64,000 nt of DNA from the human T2T-CHM13v2.0 reference genome, Homo sapiens. Positions 1 through 13,834 of this stretch are shown here, piece by piece. Numbering within the stretch: the first letter of the stretch is position 1; each line of letters starts with the position of its first letter. Made by a program: the position numbers and the translations under genes. The notes beneath the pieces were generated by a model. It made no database searches. It was not told where the DNA came from and saw only the letters and a program-made list of their open reading frames with translations. The stretch lies in assembly GCF_009914755.1 (NCBI RefSeq), contig NC_060940.1; one strand, written 5' to 3'.

Positions 1-700
1 ACTAGGGCTGCCCTTCCGACGCTAAAAAAGCAGTGGAGCTAGGGTGAAAGCCGCCCTCACGCTCACTTCCGGCAGGCGCGCCTCCCGACAGTGTCGTGCG
101 GGGGGCGTGGCCCGGCATTGCTGACAGGCGGCCCCGGGGGCGGTGGCCAAGGCGGCGACCGGAGCGCGATGGCGGGGGCGGCGGGACTCACGGCAGAAGT
201 GAGCTGGAAGGTCTTGGAGCGAAGAGCTCGGACCAAGCGCTCAGGTTTGGCTGGCTGGGGCGCCGCCCCCCACCCGAGTACCTTGGGTGGTGCTTCGCCT
301 CAAGCGCCTTGGCGGGAGGCAGGTGGGGGCCCTGGGAATGAACCTGTGCCCCGAGTTCCTCCTTAGAAAGCAGGTGGCGGCCCTGGCCTTGTTTCTAATA
401 TCTTCCTCCACCTCTAAAAATTAGGTGGCAGAGCCAGCTCCACTCTGCGTGTGCCCCCGACTCTATTCCGCTTGTGAGCCCCACTCGGAAAGTAGGCAGC
501 GGTCCGGACTTCCCTTAGAGTCTTCTAACTTAAAAATCGGGCGGCGGCACATTCCTGGGAAAGGGAATGTGTCTTCCCTGTGAATGTGTCTTTCCTGTGA
601 ATGTTCTCTGCAAAAGTCAGATAGCTTAATCAGACCAAGTCAGATGTAACTACGATCTGGCTGCAGAAAGCCGGCGTCTGGGCTCCTTGCTTTATGTCTT
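1..700. promoter_or_regulatory. CpG-island-type promoter / first exon region of PHKB, probably bidirectional
   Basis: High GC and CpG density versus the AT-rich remainder; ETS/GABP motif CACTTCCGG at 64-72; Sp/KLF boxes GGGGCGTGGC 102-111 and GGGGCGG 137-143; no TATA box. From recall, ITFG1 lies head-to-head with PHKB in human (not visible in this window). Confidence 0.85.
169..244 (+). CDS. PHKB: PHKB coding exon 1 ([25 protein letters not shown] + 1 nt)
   Basis: ATG at 169 in strong Kozak context (gcgATGG); translation matches the recognised phosphorylase kinase beta N-terminus; phase-1 donor CAG|GTTTGG at 244/245 joins exon at 36209 to give KRSGSVYE. Confidence 0.97.
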
Positions 701-1169
701 ATATCCCTTTTACATTCCCCACAGGTTCTAAGCAGTAGACCTGTCATCTATCTAGCAGAAACTGAAGGAGACTGGGCCTCAGATATTGAAGAGTATAGTT
801 AGGGCCCAGAAAGAAAAGGGCTTCTTAAGTGGCCCCAGGTTGTGTGGTTTCCAAACCCGAAAGCATAGAGGTCAGAAGGTGCCTTGCAGGCAGTTTTAAC
901 AGTTCCAAGTGTCCCGAACTGACTTGTTCAAATTGCAACGTCATGACTTGTGGCGTTATTAAAACTTCCTGTATTCCTGGTTGGCTGGATATAATCTTGA
1001 ACAAAAGGCATGCACTTAAACAGGAAAGGTGAAAGGCGGAATGCAGGTTTTCAGCTAAGGAGCTTCCCTTTTAAAGAATTGATGAAGTGTCATTATTGGG
1101 GGTGGGTGTGAAAGGTGTTAGCTAGGAAAATTAACTTTGCACTTGCATTGATATTAAGAAATTATTTTC

Positions 1170-1580
<411 letters not shown>

Positions 1581-2756
1581 CTAATTTCTGAAAATCTAAT
1601 TTCAGAAATCATACACCGAACACTCTGTTTTTTTATACCTTACAAAAAGTTCAGCTTTATATACTTAGGGTTATAGTAAAATTACCATCTATGAAGTATG
1701 AGATAATTTTTTCAAAAAGTAGTCCTTAGTACTACTAAGAATCAATAAAGTGACTTGGAATAGTCACATGTATTTGTTTCACACTTTTTCTTAAATTGTT
1801 TTTGTGTGATATAGAAATACTGAGTTGGCTACTAACGATGTGGCTATCTGGATATAAAAAGTGTTATTGGATTGGTTATGTCTGAACAAAGAGAATAACT
1901 GGAGTTTTCTTACAGGGACCTGAGTACTGCCCCCAACATATATTTTTGCAACATTTCTCTTTAACTTTCATAAGCTCATAGAGTTGATTTTCTTCGTCAG
2001 TCTTTGTTTCCTCTGAAATGCATGTCATAACAGTAAGCTTTGAAAACCTTAATTCTCTTTTCTTAGCTGAGAAAAAAAATTCTAGTGTTAACTGTTGTTG
2101 AGTGCAGTTATTTAAATCCACTTTTATGTGCAAAGTGCATAGTATCAATGTTGAATGTTCCTGTATGTTTACATCATAGTAGTAAAGAGATACCACTTGA
2201 AGTTATTCCTCCAAATTAATAGTTAAATTTGAGGTTTCAGATTCTTGTAAGTATATGAAGTACAGAGGATAAAGTTAATAACTCGAGTTAATAACTTCCT
2301 GTATCATTAAAAGCAATCAACTTGATTCTGTTTGTTACTTTTAGAAGAATATATAAATGGAGCTTTGTTAAACACTTGACTAACCTGACTCCAGTATAGA
2401 GTCCTCCCCACAGAGTTCTGAGCATTGTTACATAGTAGCATAATTACTTCACTGCACAACAGAGGATACTACTTTTATGTAATGTCTAATAAGTGGATAT
2501 TATATAGTTTCTATCTCATCCATATGAGCAAGTGTAATTTATCAAAGCAAAGAAAATCACATTTTCAAGTCATAAAAGAGAAAATAAAATTATAATGATC
2601 CTCAGTTACTGCCTTTGTTGCATACTGCATCATGTTAATAACTGCTCACACTGCTTTCAATTAATTTAACACTGATTGCTTCTAACCTTTACTAAACAGT
2701 TTTAAAATTGCTATAGCTTAGCCTGCGACGCTTATGATTAGAGCCAACAATTTGAA

Positions 2757-2811
2757 ATGGCCTGCTCACCTGATGCAGTCGTCTCTCCGTCTTCCGCTTT
2801 CTTAAGGTCTG
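2757..2811 (+). CDS. PHKB: PHKB cassette exon 2 (whole exon 2700-2811), alternative N-terminus MACSPDAVVSPSSAFLRS
   Basis: Acceptor ctaacctttactaaacAG|T at 2699/2700; ATG at 2757 (gaaATGG); phase-1 donor G|GTAAGT at 2811/2812, same phase as exon 1, so it reads in frame into the 36209 exon. Matches the known alternative beta-subunit N-terminus. Confidence 0.92.
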
Positions 2812-5800
2812 GTAAGTGTTGTAGACCCCAAAAGGGTCACTTGGTAATTTTAAATACCTTTGTTTCTGAAGGTTGATTTCACTATAAGATATCATTATGT
2901 CTTTATTTCTTCTTTGGTGGGCCCAGGCCTGAGTACCCGGCTGGTGTTTTGTTTAACTTTGCATTGTGTTTTGAATGTGGCCTATTGTGTTCTTCTCATG
3001 TGGGATGTGAAAAGAACAGAGAGTGGAGTGCCTGCCCCGATATTTGCAAGCAGAGGCAGTTCCTTAGTGTCTGGGAGCTCCCATTGTCAAATGTGCACAT
3101 AGCATATTTCTTAAATGATTTTTGTCTTCTTGCCACAATGGAAGTAACTTCTACAAATTAGGAAATTTTGGTCAACATCCCACTTATCTGTTCTTCATCA
3201 GCTTACTGTGAAGCAGGTTATTAATATACACGTTTTCACAGACAGGAAGCGACTTGCCCCAGGGAATATTTTGAGGCCATGTGCTTTGGCCTTTATCCTG
3301 TGGCATCCTGGTGTAAGGGCTGGAACAGATGTTGGCACAATGGCTCTTAGACCGTTGTGTTGATGCACCCCTTTGAGAGCTGGATGAAAGCTATGGAATT
3401 GCTCTTCAGACGTGTGCACAGGATTTTGGAAACAATTTCTGGGTGATTCATGGACCCAGACATGATTACCTATGCATTCCCATTAGCAACCAGGCCTTTG
3501 GATGTATTCAGTGTCACTTTACAGAACAAGCCACACATTTAGTTAGGTGGCCACATAGCTGAAATGAAAACTGAAGCATTTACAGCCCTTTTCTGTAGTT
3601 GTGGCCTAACTTGGGCCATTTAAAACCTATTATGTACTAGAAAACTCGGAGAAGCCTGCTGGTAAGAGATTACCTTTTCTATAATGCCTCTTAAGCAGAA
3701 TATTTCAAGCCTCAGGACTCATGAACAGGCAAATGTGAGATGAGCACCCCCAAACACAGTGAAAACTCCTTGGCTTCACCATAGCCTTTCAGAAGTGTTT
3801 CTCCCTCTTCATTCATTTTCGTTTATATTTCAAGTCCTGTTCTGGCAAGATAGAGGAGGAAAATCTTAAAGAAAATAAATAAGAAATAACTTAAGGAAGA
3901 ATCAAACAGGAGAAAACAAAAACTCTTTAAGGAACTAAAATGATTTCTATTTCTAGGTGTCATCTGCTAAATGACAAAATATTACATGTAACAATGCCAA
4001 TTGATTTCTGATTTTATCTTTGAACTAAAAGAACAGGAGGACATATATCTCTAGACTCTGTTTTCTTTCCTTATAAGCACCAAGCTCTGTTTTCCATCTT
4101 GGCTTTTCTACTAAGAAGGAAAGTGGTTTTAAGCACTAGCACAGTCATTCAGTAGTAATGGGGAAATAGAATGTTTAAAGATAGCTTTTATGCATCAACA
4201 GTCCTGAAAATTTCTAAACCCAAGAACTGTGCTTTAACATTACATAGAGTGTTTGAAGGTATATACAAGACGCTTTTCCTGTACTGTATCATCAAATTGA
4301 AATAGAATGCACCAAGAAACAGACTAGAAAAATATCAAACTTTAGTGTTATAATCCGTTTTGAAGAATGATTCTTTATACATTACTTTCAATGTTGACAC
4401 TTTTTTGGGAGTTCATCTAACCAAAACTTAGTAAAACTATAAAGACACACTTAAAATTTGTATCTGTTAAAATAATAAGTACCATACCTGCTGGTGTTAG
4501 GCTTAACTTTGCATTGTGTTTTGAATGTGGCCTGTCGTGTTTGCATTTAAGTACTCTGAGTGGTTTGCATTTATAATTTCTTACTTATTTAGAAATACTC
4601 CATTTATATTGGAAATGATTTGCTTTCCCCTATTGTAGTTCTTTGGACATTATCTTTATAGGCATATGTTTTATTGTGCGATTTCATTTGACAATTATTT
4701 TAAAGCACATCCTTGCTTCACAGCTGAGCTTTTCATTGGTACTTTGGCCAGAAACTATCCAGTATTGCCAAAAGTGAAAGCCAGTAGTATCTTGATTTTG
4801 AAAAATTTATTTTCAATGTACCTGCATTGTTTTATGTATTTTAACCCTTCATATTCCTTCTGGATATGTTTCTGCTTTTTGTTTTTTCTTTGTTTCTCCT
4901 CTTTATGGAATTTAGTGTGAATCCTGTATTTCTGTGTGTGCATACTTGAGTTGTGCTGTTACTACTAATGTACTAGTATTTGCTGTGGTTGAAAGAAATT
5001 TGTTTTGACTGCTTAAACTAAAAGAGGGATCTAGATATTCAGGTTTTTCTTTAAAGACCCTTGGAGTCAAATGTACAAAACCAAGAATTTATAAAGAAAT
5101 TCAACAGCCAAAATAAATAATTATTAGAGAAGGAATGTAGCATTCAATACCTTAGATTGCTTCCGTTTCTCATGTGGCCACTACAGTTATATTAAGTTAG
5201 CATAGTTGGTCAGCTGTAGCAATCACCTTGGCAATACAGTTCAGTTACTTGGAATAATGGTTATAGCATATTGTGATGAGGTAGGAAACGGCTTGGCATT
5301 TTTGCTTTTATTCTTAAATGACAAAGATAATTTAAGAGGTTATTCCTTTTTATAATGGCTCATGAGCTTATCTACCTTGGCTCCCTAAGTTTATCAGCCA
5401 GCTGGTAAGTGAGCTTCAACATAGGACTTGAGTCTTTTCATTTACTTGTTTCTCTTTATGTTCTTTGATTAACTTTCTTTTGTTAATTTAATTTGATGGG
5501 CAAATCAGTACCTGTTAAAATTTTATTGTATATTCTGGGCAAAACAAAACTTTCAATTGTATATGCCTGATATTGTTTTTTTTAAGGAATTTATATAGCA
5601 GTCTTGTTTTCAGTTAACTAATCTAACCGTCAACTAATCAAAAAGATTCTTGTGATTGGAAGAGAACACAGGCCCGAGTCTCCTGAACTCTTGTGGGTTG
5701 TGGCCTCCTTTAAGAGCCTAATGAAAGGGTGTACATTTGGTGTTCACGTACACCTGGGTCTGATTCAGGCTCTGTTGTTTACTACCTATTTGATCCTGAG

Positions 5801-6719
5801 GAAGCTATATCTTTTTGAGATTCAGCTTCTTGCTTTGTAAAAATGATGTTAATAAAACCTACCAGGAGAGATTATTGTGAAGATCAAACAAGATGTTATA
5901 TGCAAAACACCTGATATTTAGTAACTGCGCAATAAATTTTAGTTATCTTTCCTAAAAATATGTGTCTTTTACAATATTGCTGATGTGTATTAAAGACTAA
6001 TGACTTATATACAACAAATATGATTTCTTATCTCTCTCATTTTGGTATCTACCCTCAAAATAGCCATTTTAAGTAAATCTGTCATGCTTAAATACAACTA
6101 GCTTGAATCAGATTACTCAGAATTTAATATTAATAGAGCTGTACTATTTAATATGGTCCACTCCATTTTGTAAATTTAGCTTTTATTTTACTCTACGTCC
6201 ATCTTATTTTTGTCAGTAATCACTGTAACTCTAAAGAAATTGTTTCTGATAGTTTCCATGGAAACTCCTATTAGATTGCAGGTAGAGCAGTTGTTATTTT
6301 ACGTATACTTAAAAGATATTTTTGTCTCAGATATGCACTGTGCTCGCTTCATGTAGCATGGAATTCTCAGAAGCACTCCTTAATTGTATCCTACTTGGAC
6401 CTCTGACCTCTTACTAGGACCTGCCCTGTAATCTTATAAGATTTAGGAAATAGAGGCCATATCATATGACTTAACCCCCTTGGCATGAAGCTTATTGACC
6501 CTCAGGCTGTGTCATTATGCTCAGCAAAAATGATGCTTCACATTTCATAAGTGAAGTGGTTTCATGAAGAGCACAACAGCTTGTCTCACTGCTTTAGATT
6601 ATCACCAGTACTCACATTGTGCATTCTAAAAGCGATTTTCCTTGTGCTGTTTTATCTTCAGTCTTTTGTGAAATGAGAGAGTAAGAGGAACTCCCTAGAA
6701 TTTCTGATTCTGATCCAGG

Positions 6720-8010
<1,291 letters not shown>

Positions 8011-8138
8011 ATATAATATCTATCACACTGGAGACTGTCCTGCTTCTTTTGAGAGACAGTGTCATAATATGGTTATTATATAGATGTTAGACTCGTACAA
8101 CTAGGTTCAAATACTAGTATTGAATCTTACAAACTGTG

Positions 8139-8629
8139 AACTCAATAGCAAAGACATGGAATCAACCTAGGTGCCCAAAAACAGTGGGTTGGATAAAGAA
8201 AATGTGGTACATATACACCAGGGAATAATTCACAGCTGTGGAAAGAATGAAATCATGTCCTTTGCAGCAACATGAATACAGCTGGAGGCCATTATCCTAA
8301 GTGAATTAACACAAGAACAGAAAACCAAATACTACTGCATGTTCTCCTAAGTGGGAGCTAAACATTGGGTACTCATGGACATAAACATGGCAACAGTAGA
8401 AACTGGGGATTGCTAGAGGGGAGAGTGAGGGAGAGGGGCAGGGCAGGGGTTGAAAAACTAACTGTTGGGTTCTTTATTCACTGCCTGAATGATGGGATCA
8501 TTCACACCCCAAACCTCAGCATCACGTAATATACCCAGGTAACAAACTTGCACGTGTACCCCTAAACCTAAAACAAAATTTGAAATTATTAGAAATAAAT
8601 AAACAAAATGTTTTTCCCCCTAAAACCAA
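8139..8629 (+). mobile_element. 5'-truncated L1 3' end (old primate L1PA/L1PB type) inserted in a MIR
   Basis: L1 3' motifs ggataaagaaaatgtggtacatatacacca, gaaatcatgtcctttgcagcaaca, aagtgggagctaaaca; TSD acaaactgtg (8129-8138) / acaaattgtg (8630-8639). Confidence 0.88.
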
Positions 8630-8884
8630 ACAAATTGTGTCTAATGTTTTGCACTTAATTTTCCATACTATGGAGTGGAGATAATAGTATATCCCTCATA
8701 AGTTCTTTTGTGAAGATGAAGTAATGTCTGGAAGTACCTAGTGGTGGTAGTAGTAGTACTAATGATAATAATGATTTTTCATGCTATGATGACAGCAGTG
8801 ACAACTTTTTAAGCAGCTAATCTTTATTGAGTACTTAATGTGTTACAAGTAGTGCTTTACATTTAAATCTCACAGAAATCCTCT

Positions 8885-9395
8885 TGCCTAGACCAGTTTG
8901 GTTGGGGAGACCCTAACCCAGCGGCGCTAGAGGAATTAAAGACACACACACAGAAATACAGAGGTGTGAAGTGGGAAATCAGGGGTCTCACAGCCTTCAG
9001 AGCTGAGAGCCTCTAACAGAGATTTACCCACGTATTTATTCACAGCAAGCCAGTCATTAGCATTGTTTCTGTAGATATTAAATTAACTATAAGTATCCTT
9101 TATGGGAAACAAGGGATGGGCCGAATTAAAGGAATGGGTTGGGCAAGTTAACTGCAGCAGGAGCATGTCTTTAAGGCACAGATCCCTCATGCTATTGTTG
9201 TATGGCTTAAGAATGCCTTTAAGCGGTTTTAGGCCCTGGGCGGGCCAGGTGTTCCTTGCCCTCATTCCTTAAACCCACAACTTTCCAGAGTGGGCGTTAT
9301 GGCCATCATGAACGTATCGCAGTGCTGCAGAGATTTTGTTTATGGCCAGTTTTGGGGCTGGTTTATGGCCAGATTTTGGGGGCCTGTTCCCAACA
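8885..9395 (-). mobile_element. MER9 (HERV-K HML-3) solo LTR
   Basis: Minus strand begins TGTTGGGAACAGGCCCCCAAAATCTGGCCATAAAC and ends ...GGCA; exact 6-bp TSD tcctct at 8879-8884 and 9396-9401; sits inside a minus-strand MIR. Confidence 0.9.
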
Positions 9396-10651
9396 TCCTC
9401 TTTTGTAGGTGTTATTACTATTCCCTTTTGAAAAACTCACAGCACAGGGAAGTAAAGTAACTTACTTAAAGTCACCCAAACTCTGGCAGACCCTATTACC
9501 CAGCCACTGCTGCCTTCCTTCTCTTCATCTATAGTGCCTAGTACTCCATAAATAAACAACAGTGGTTACTACTGATGTCTTCTTGATGTTTATTGTTCTT
9601 CTTTCATTCATTTCTAATTAACTGATGTTTATTGGACCTCTCTGATGTAGGAAGTTTGTAATAAATAATAGTGGTTGAGAGAGCTAATAGCCTGATGGAA
9701 TTTATGCAGAACTCAAGGCGACCAGTGCTTTTGTATACATTCACTCTGTCTCTCTCCTGGATTCCTCCAGTTGTTTCCTACTGAACTTTGCTACTAGAGC
9801 CATAACCTCTCCTTGTACAATCACCCTAGTCAATGCACACTATTGTTGCCTGGGTGATTTTTCTAAAATGAACTAACCCTTAAGTGGTTGCTTAACACCA
9901 CTCATCAGCTCTCTGTCTCCTGCAGGGTTGAAGTAGGGACTTCAAGGAAAGCCTCTCTGGAAGTGATATTTAACTCCTAGAAATAGGAATCAGTGGAGAA
10001 GTTGGGGTAAGGAGGACTCTAGGCTGAGGATCCTGGGGCTAGATAGAGCTGGGTATTTAAAGCGTACTGAAAAGGCCATTATGGGTAAAGCATTGTGAAT
10101 GACAGGAATGGGTGAGAGGAAGGCCTGGGATGGGCAGGGTCTTGGGAGCCTTGAAGATGTTTGAATTTTATTATAAATGGAAGGGAAGGTGAAAATTTGA
10201 AGCAGTGGAGTTGTAAGGCTGGATTAGTATTTTATGATGATTCTCTGTCTGTTATGTAAAAATAGACTGGAAGGTGACAAAAAGGCGGGGAGCAACCTCA
10301 TGGCCGAAGCTGTGTGTCATATAGCTCTATGTTTAACACCTGGCACCATGCTGGGTGCATAGGGCCACTCAATCTATGTTTGATAGTGAATGGCTGTGAA
10401 GGCACAGATATTGAGTATATCATCATTCTGGATTCAGAAGATGTGGCCACCTTGATTATGCATTAGAATCTACATATCTCTGACTCAGTAAACTCACTTT
10501 TGGAAGAATATTCCTGTGGCCCATTTCCTGTTAAACGGAGAATAAACTAACTTTAGAAAGTGAGTTTATTGAATCAGAGGTATAAATGGTAGGTAGGTTC
10601 TAATGCATAATTAATTAAGGTGCATATATACAAATATAAAATGTATATGTG

Positions 10652-10956
<305 letters not shown>

Positions 10957-11188
10957 CTATTCTGTTTTCACATTTTAAAATGGCATATTGACCCTTCTAT
11001 TCTGAGGAATAGTCTGCAAAGCTACACAAGGTCCTTGATTCTTTGCTTGATTCAGGCAGAAGGATGCATTTAGACATTTAATTTACCTCTGAACAGATAA
11101 TGGACTTTTAGAAAATATATGCAATTAAGACATATCTTTTATGGTTTTGGGACACATCTATTTTCAAATCCCTGATTAGAAAACAACT

Positions 11189-11766
11189 GCCCATTGCGGT
11201 GGCTCATGCCTGTAATCCTAGCACTTCAAAAGGCCAAGGCAGGCGGGCTGCTTGAGCCCAATTTGAGACTAGCCTGTGCAACATGACGAAACCATCTCTA
11301 CAAAAAATACAAAAATTAGGCTGGGTGCGGTGGCTCACGCCTGTAATCGCAGCACTTTGGGAGGCCGAGACGGGCGGATCACGAGATCAGGAGATCGAGA
11401 CCATTCTGGCTAACACAGTGAAACCTCGTCTCTACTAAAAATACAAAAAAGTTAGCGAGGCGTGGTGGTGGGCACCTGTAATCCCAACTACTCGGGAGGC
11501 CGGGCAGGAGAATGGCGTGAACCCAGGAGGCGGAGCTTGCAGTGAGCCGAGATCGTGCCACTGCACTCCAGCCTGGGCGACAGGGCGAGACTCCATCTCA
11601 AAAAAAAAACAAAAATTAGCCAGGTGTTGTGGTGCCTGGGATGGCTGGTTGGAGGTTGTGGCAGGAGGGACAGCTTGAGCCCGAAAGGTTGAGGCTACAG
11701 TGAGGTCGCACCACTGCACTCCAGCCTGGGTGACAGAGTGAGACCCTGTCTCAAAAATAAATAAAA
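11189..11766 (+). mobile_element. AluJ interrupted in its central A-rich linker by an AluY (11319-11609)
   Basis: Left arm 11189-11318, complete AluY, right arm 11620-11766; inner TSD acaaaaattag, outer TSD agaaaacaact / agaaaacaagt. Confidence 0.9.
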
Positions 11767-11860
11767 AGAAAACAAGTAATAGAAAATTGTAACTGCATAT
11801 ATTACATATTTAGTCTTGAAGATGCTTTCTGATGGTTCATTGTAGCTTCTAGGATCTGTG

Positions 11861-12189
<329 letters not shown>

Positions 12190-12534
12190 TGATGTATTTT
12201 GAATACATTCATACTTGTTCTCATTTTCTTTTTCACATTAGGCCTTCGTTGCCTTGATTAGAAATGGTTTTTAAAAGATGAAACAATTGTTGCTGTTTTT
12301 TATTTTATTATTTGTTACCTTTTTCTTATAGACTTTATTAGTTTATTTTACCAACAATCACATGATTATTAGTCCATTAAAAAAGAATTATTCTTTATGT
12401 TTAACTTACTGGTTTTATAGCTTTCTTCTCTTTCAGTTCATATTTCACAAATTTTCTTGAGGATGTTGGTTTGTGTAGATGAACAGTTGTGGTACCTAAA
12501 CATTAAGTGATTTCCAACAGCCTTAATGAGAATT

Positions 12535-12820
12535 TTTTTAAAGTTATTTTTAATTGACAAATAGTAATTGTATATATTTACAGGGTACAATATAATGTTT
12601 TGGTATATGCTTACAGTGTTGGATAATTAAATCAGGCTAATTAACAAATCTGGCCCCTCACATACTTACTATTTTTTCGTAATGAAAACATTTAAAGTCT
12701 ACTCTTCTAGCAATTTTGAAATATATAACGTTTTATGATTATAGCCACCATTCTGTACAGTAGGTCACTGAAGCTTTTGCCTCCTATCTAACTGAAACTT
12801 TGTACCCTTTGGTCAACATT
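12535..12820 (-). mobile_element. L1MA-type 3' end fragment
   Basis: ttttaattgacaaatagtaattgtatatattta...aaaacatttaaagtctactct...taactgaaactttgtacccttt, typical of reversed L1MA 3' UTR. Confidence 0.75.
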
Positions 12821-12861
12821 CGAGAATCTTGTGTAATAATTGAAATTTGTCATTTTTATAG

Positions 12862-13019
12862 GTTCTGATATATGTCATATATGCTCTTTTTTCAAAATAT
12901 ATATCATTGATTTTTCATTTGTCATATAAAATCTTTTAAAGTTCTGATATATGTCATATATGCTCTTTTTTCAAAATATATATCATTGATTTTTCATTTG
13001 TCATATAAAATCTTTTAAA
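12862..13019. repeat. Perfect 79-bp tandem duplication (2 copies)
   Basis: 12862-12940 and 12941-13019 are identical by eye. Confidence 0.95.
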
Positions 13020-13539
13020 GTTTATTGTTTTACTCCCTTTGTTATTAATAGCCTCACAGTGTTTACATGGCCCTCCTTTTTGGCAATTTAAGATTCAAGT
13101 CTTGTAGCTCAGGACTGAAATAGGCACCAGCCATAGAGATGAACACTTATGCTGTTATTTGGATTATAGATCAAGTCTTATTGCTAAAGCTGTGGATGGA
13201 GACTAGGAAGGACAGACACAGAGTCTGGGATTGGGCTGTTGAGCTGTGGATAGTTCCTCTTCGTACATATTTTAGCTACCTGGTATGTTTTGAAAATATA
13301 CTCATCAGGTGCTTAACTTGTATTCTTTATTATATTTCTGTCTTCCTCCAATAGTTGAACCAGTAAATAATTTTCTGTATACTAAAAAAAAATGTGGTAC
13401 ATTTACTTTGTATATTAACTTTGGTTGCATTAACTTTGTCGGCTCACTTGTAAATATCTGATGATTGATAAGTTATAAATCAACAATATGTCAAAAAGAA
13501 TTAGCTTGTTGTGACTTCAGTCAGTGGACTATTTTCTTG

Positions 13540-13834
<295 letters not shown>

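Noticed and set aside
91-366. 91-aa ORF from GTG at 91, suggesting an N-terminally extended or intron-read-through protein
   Set aside because: It is exon 1 read past its donor into the intron; the near-cognate start has no support from sequence alone and may lie upstream of the TSS.
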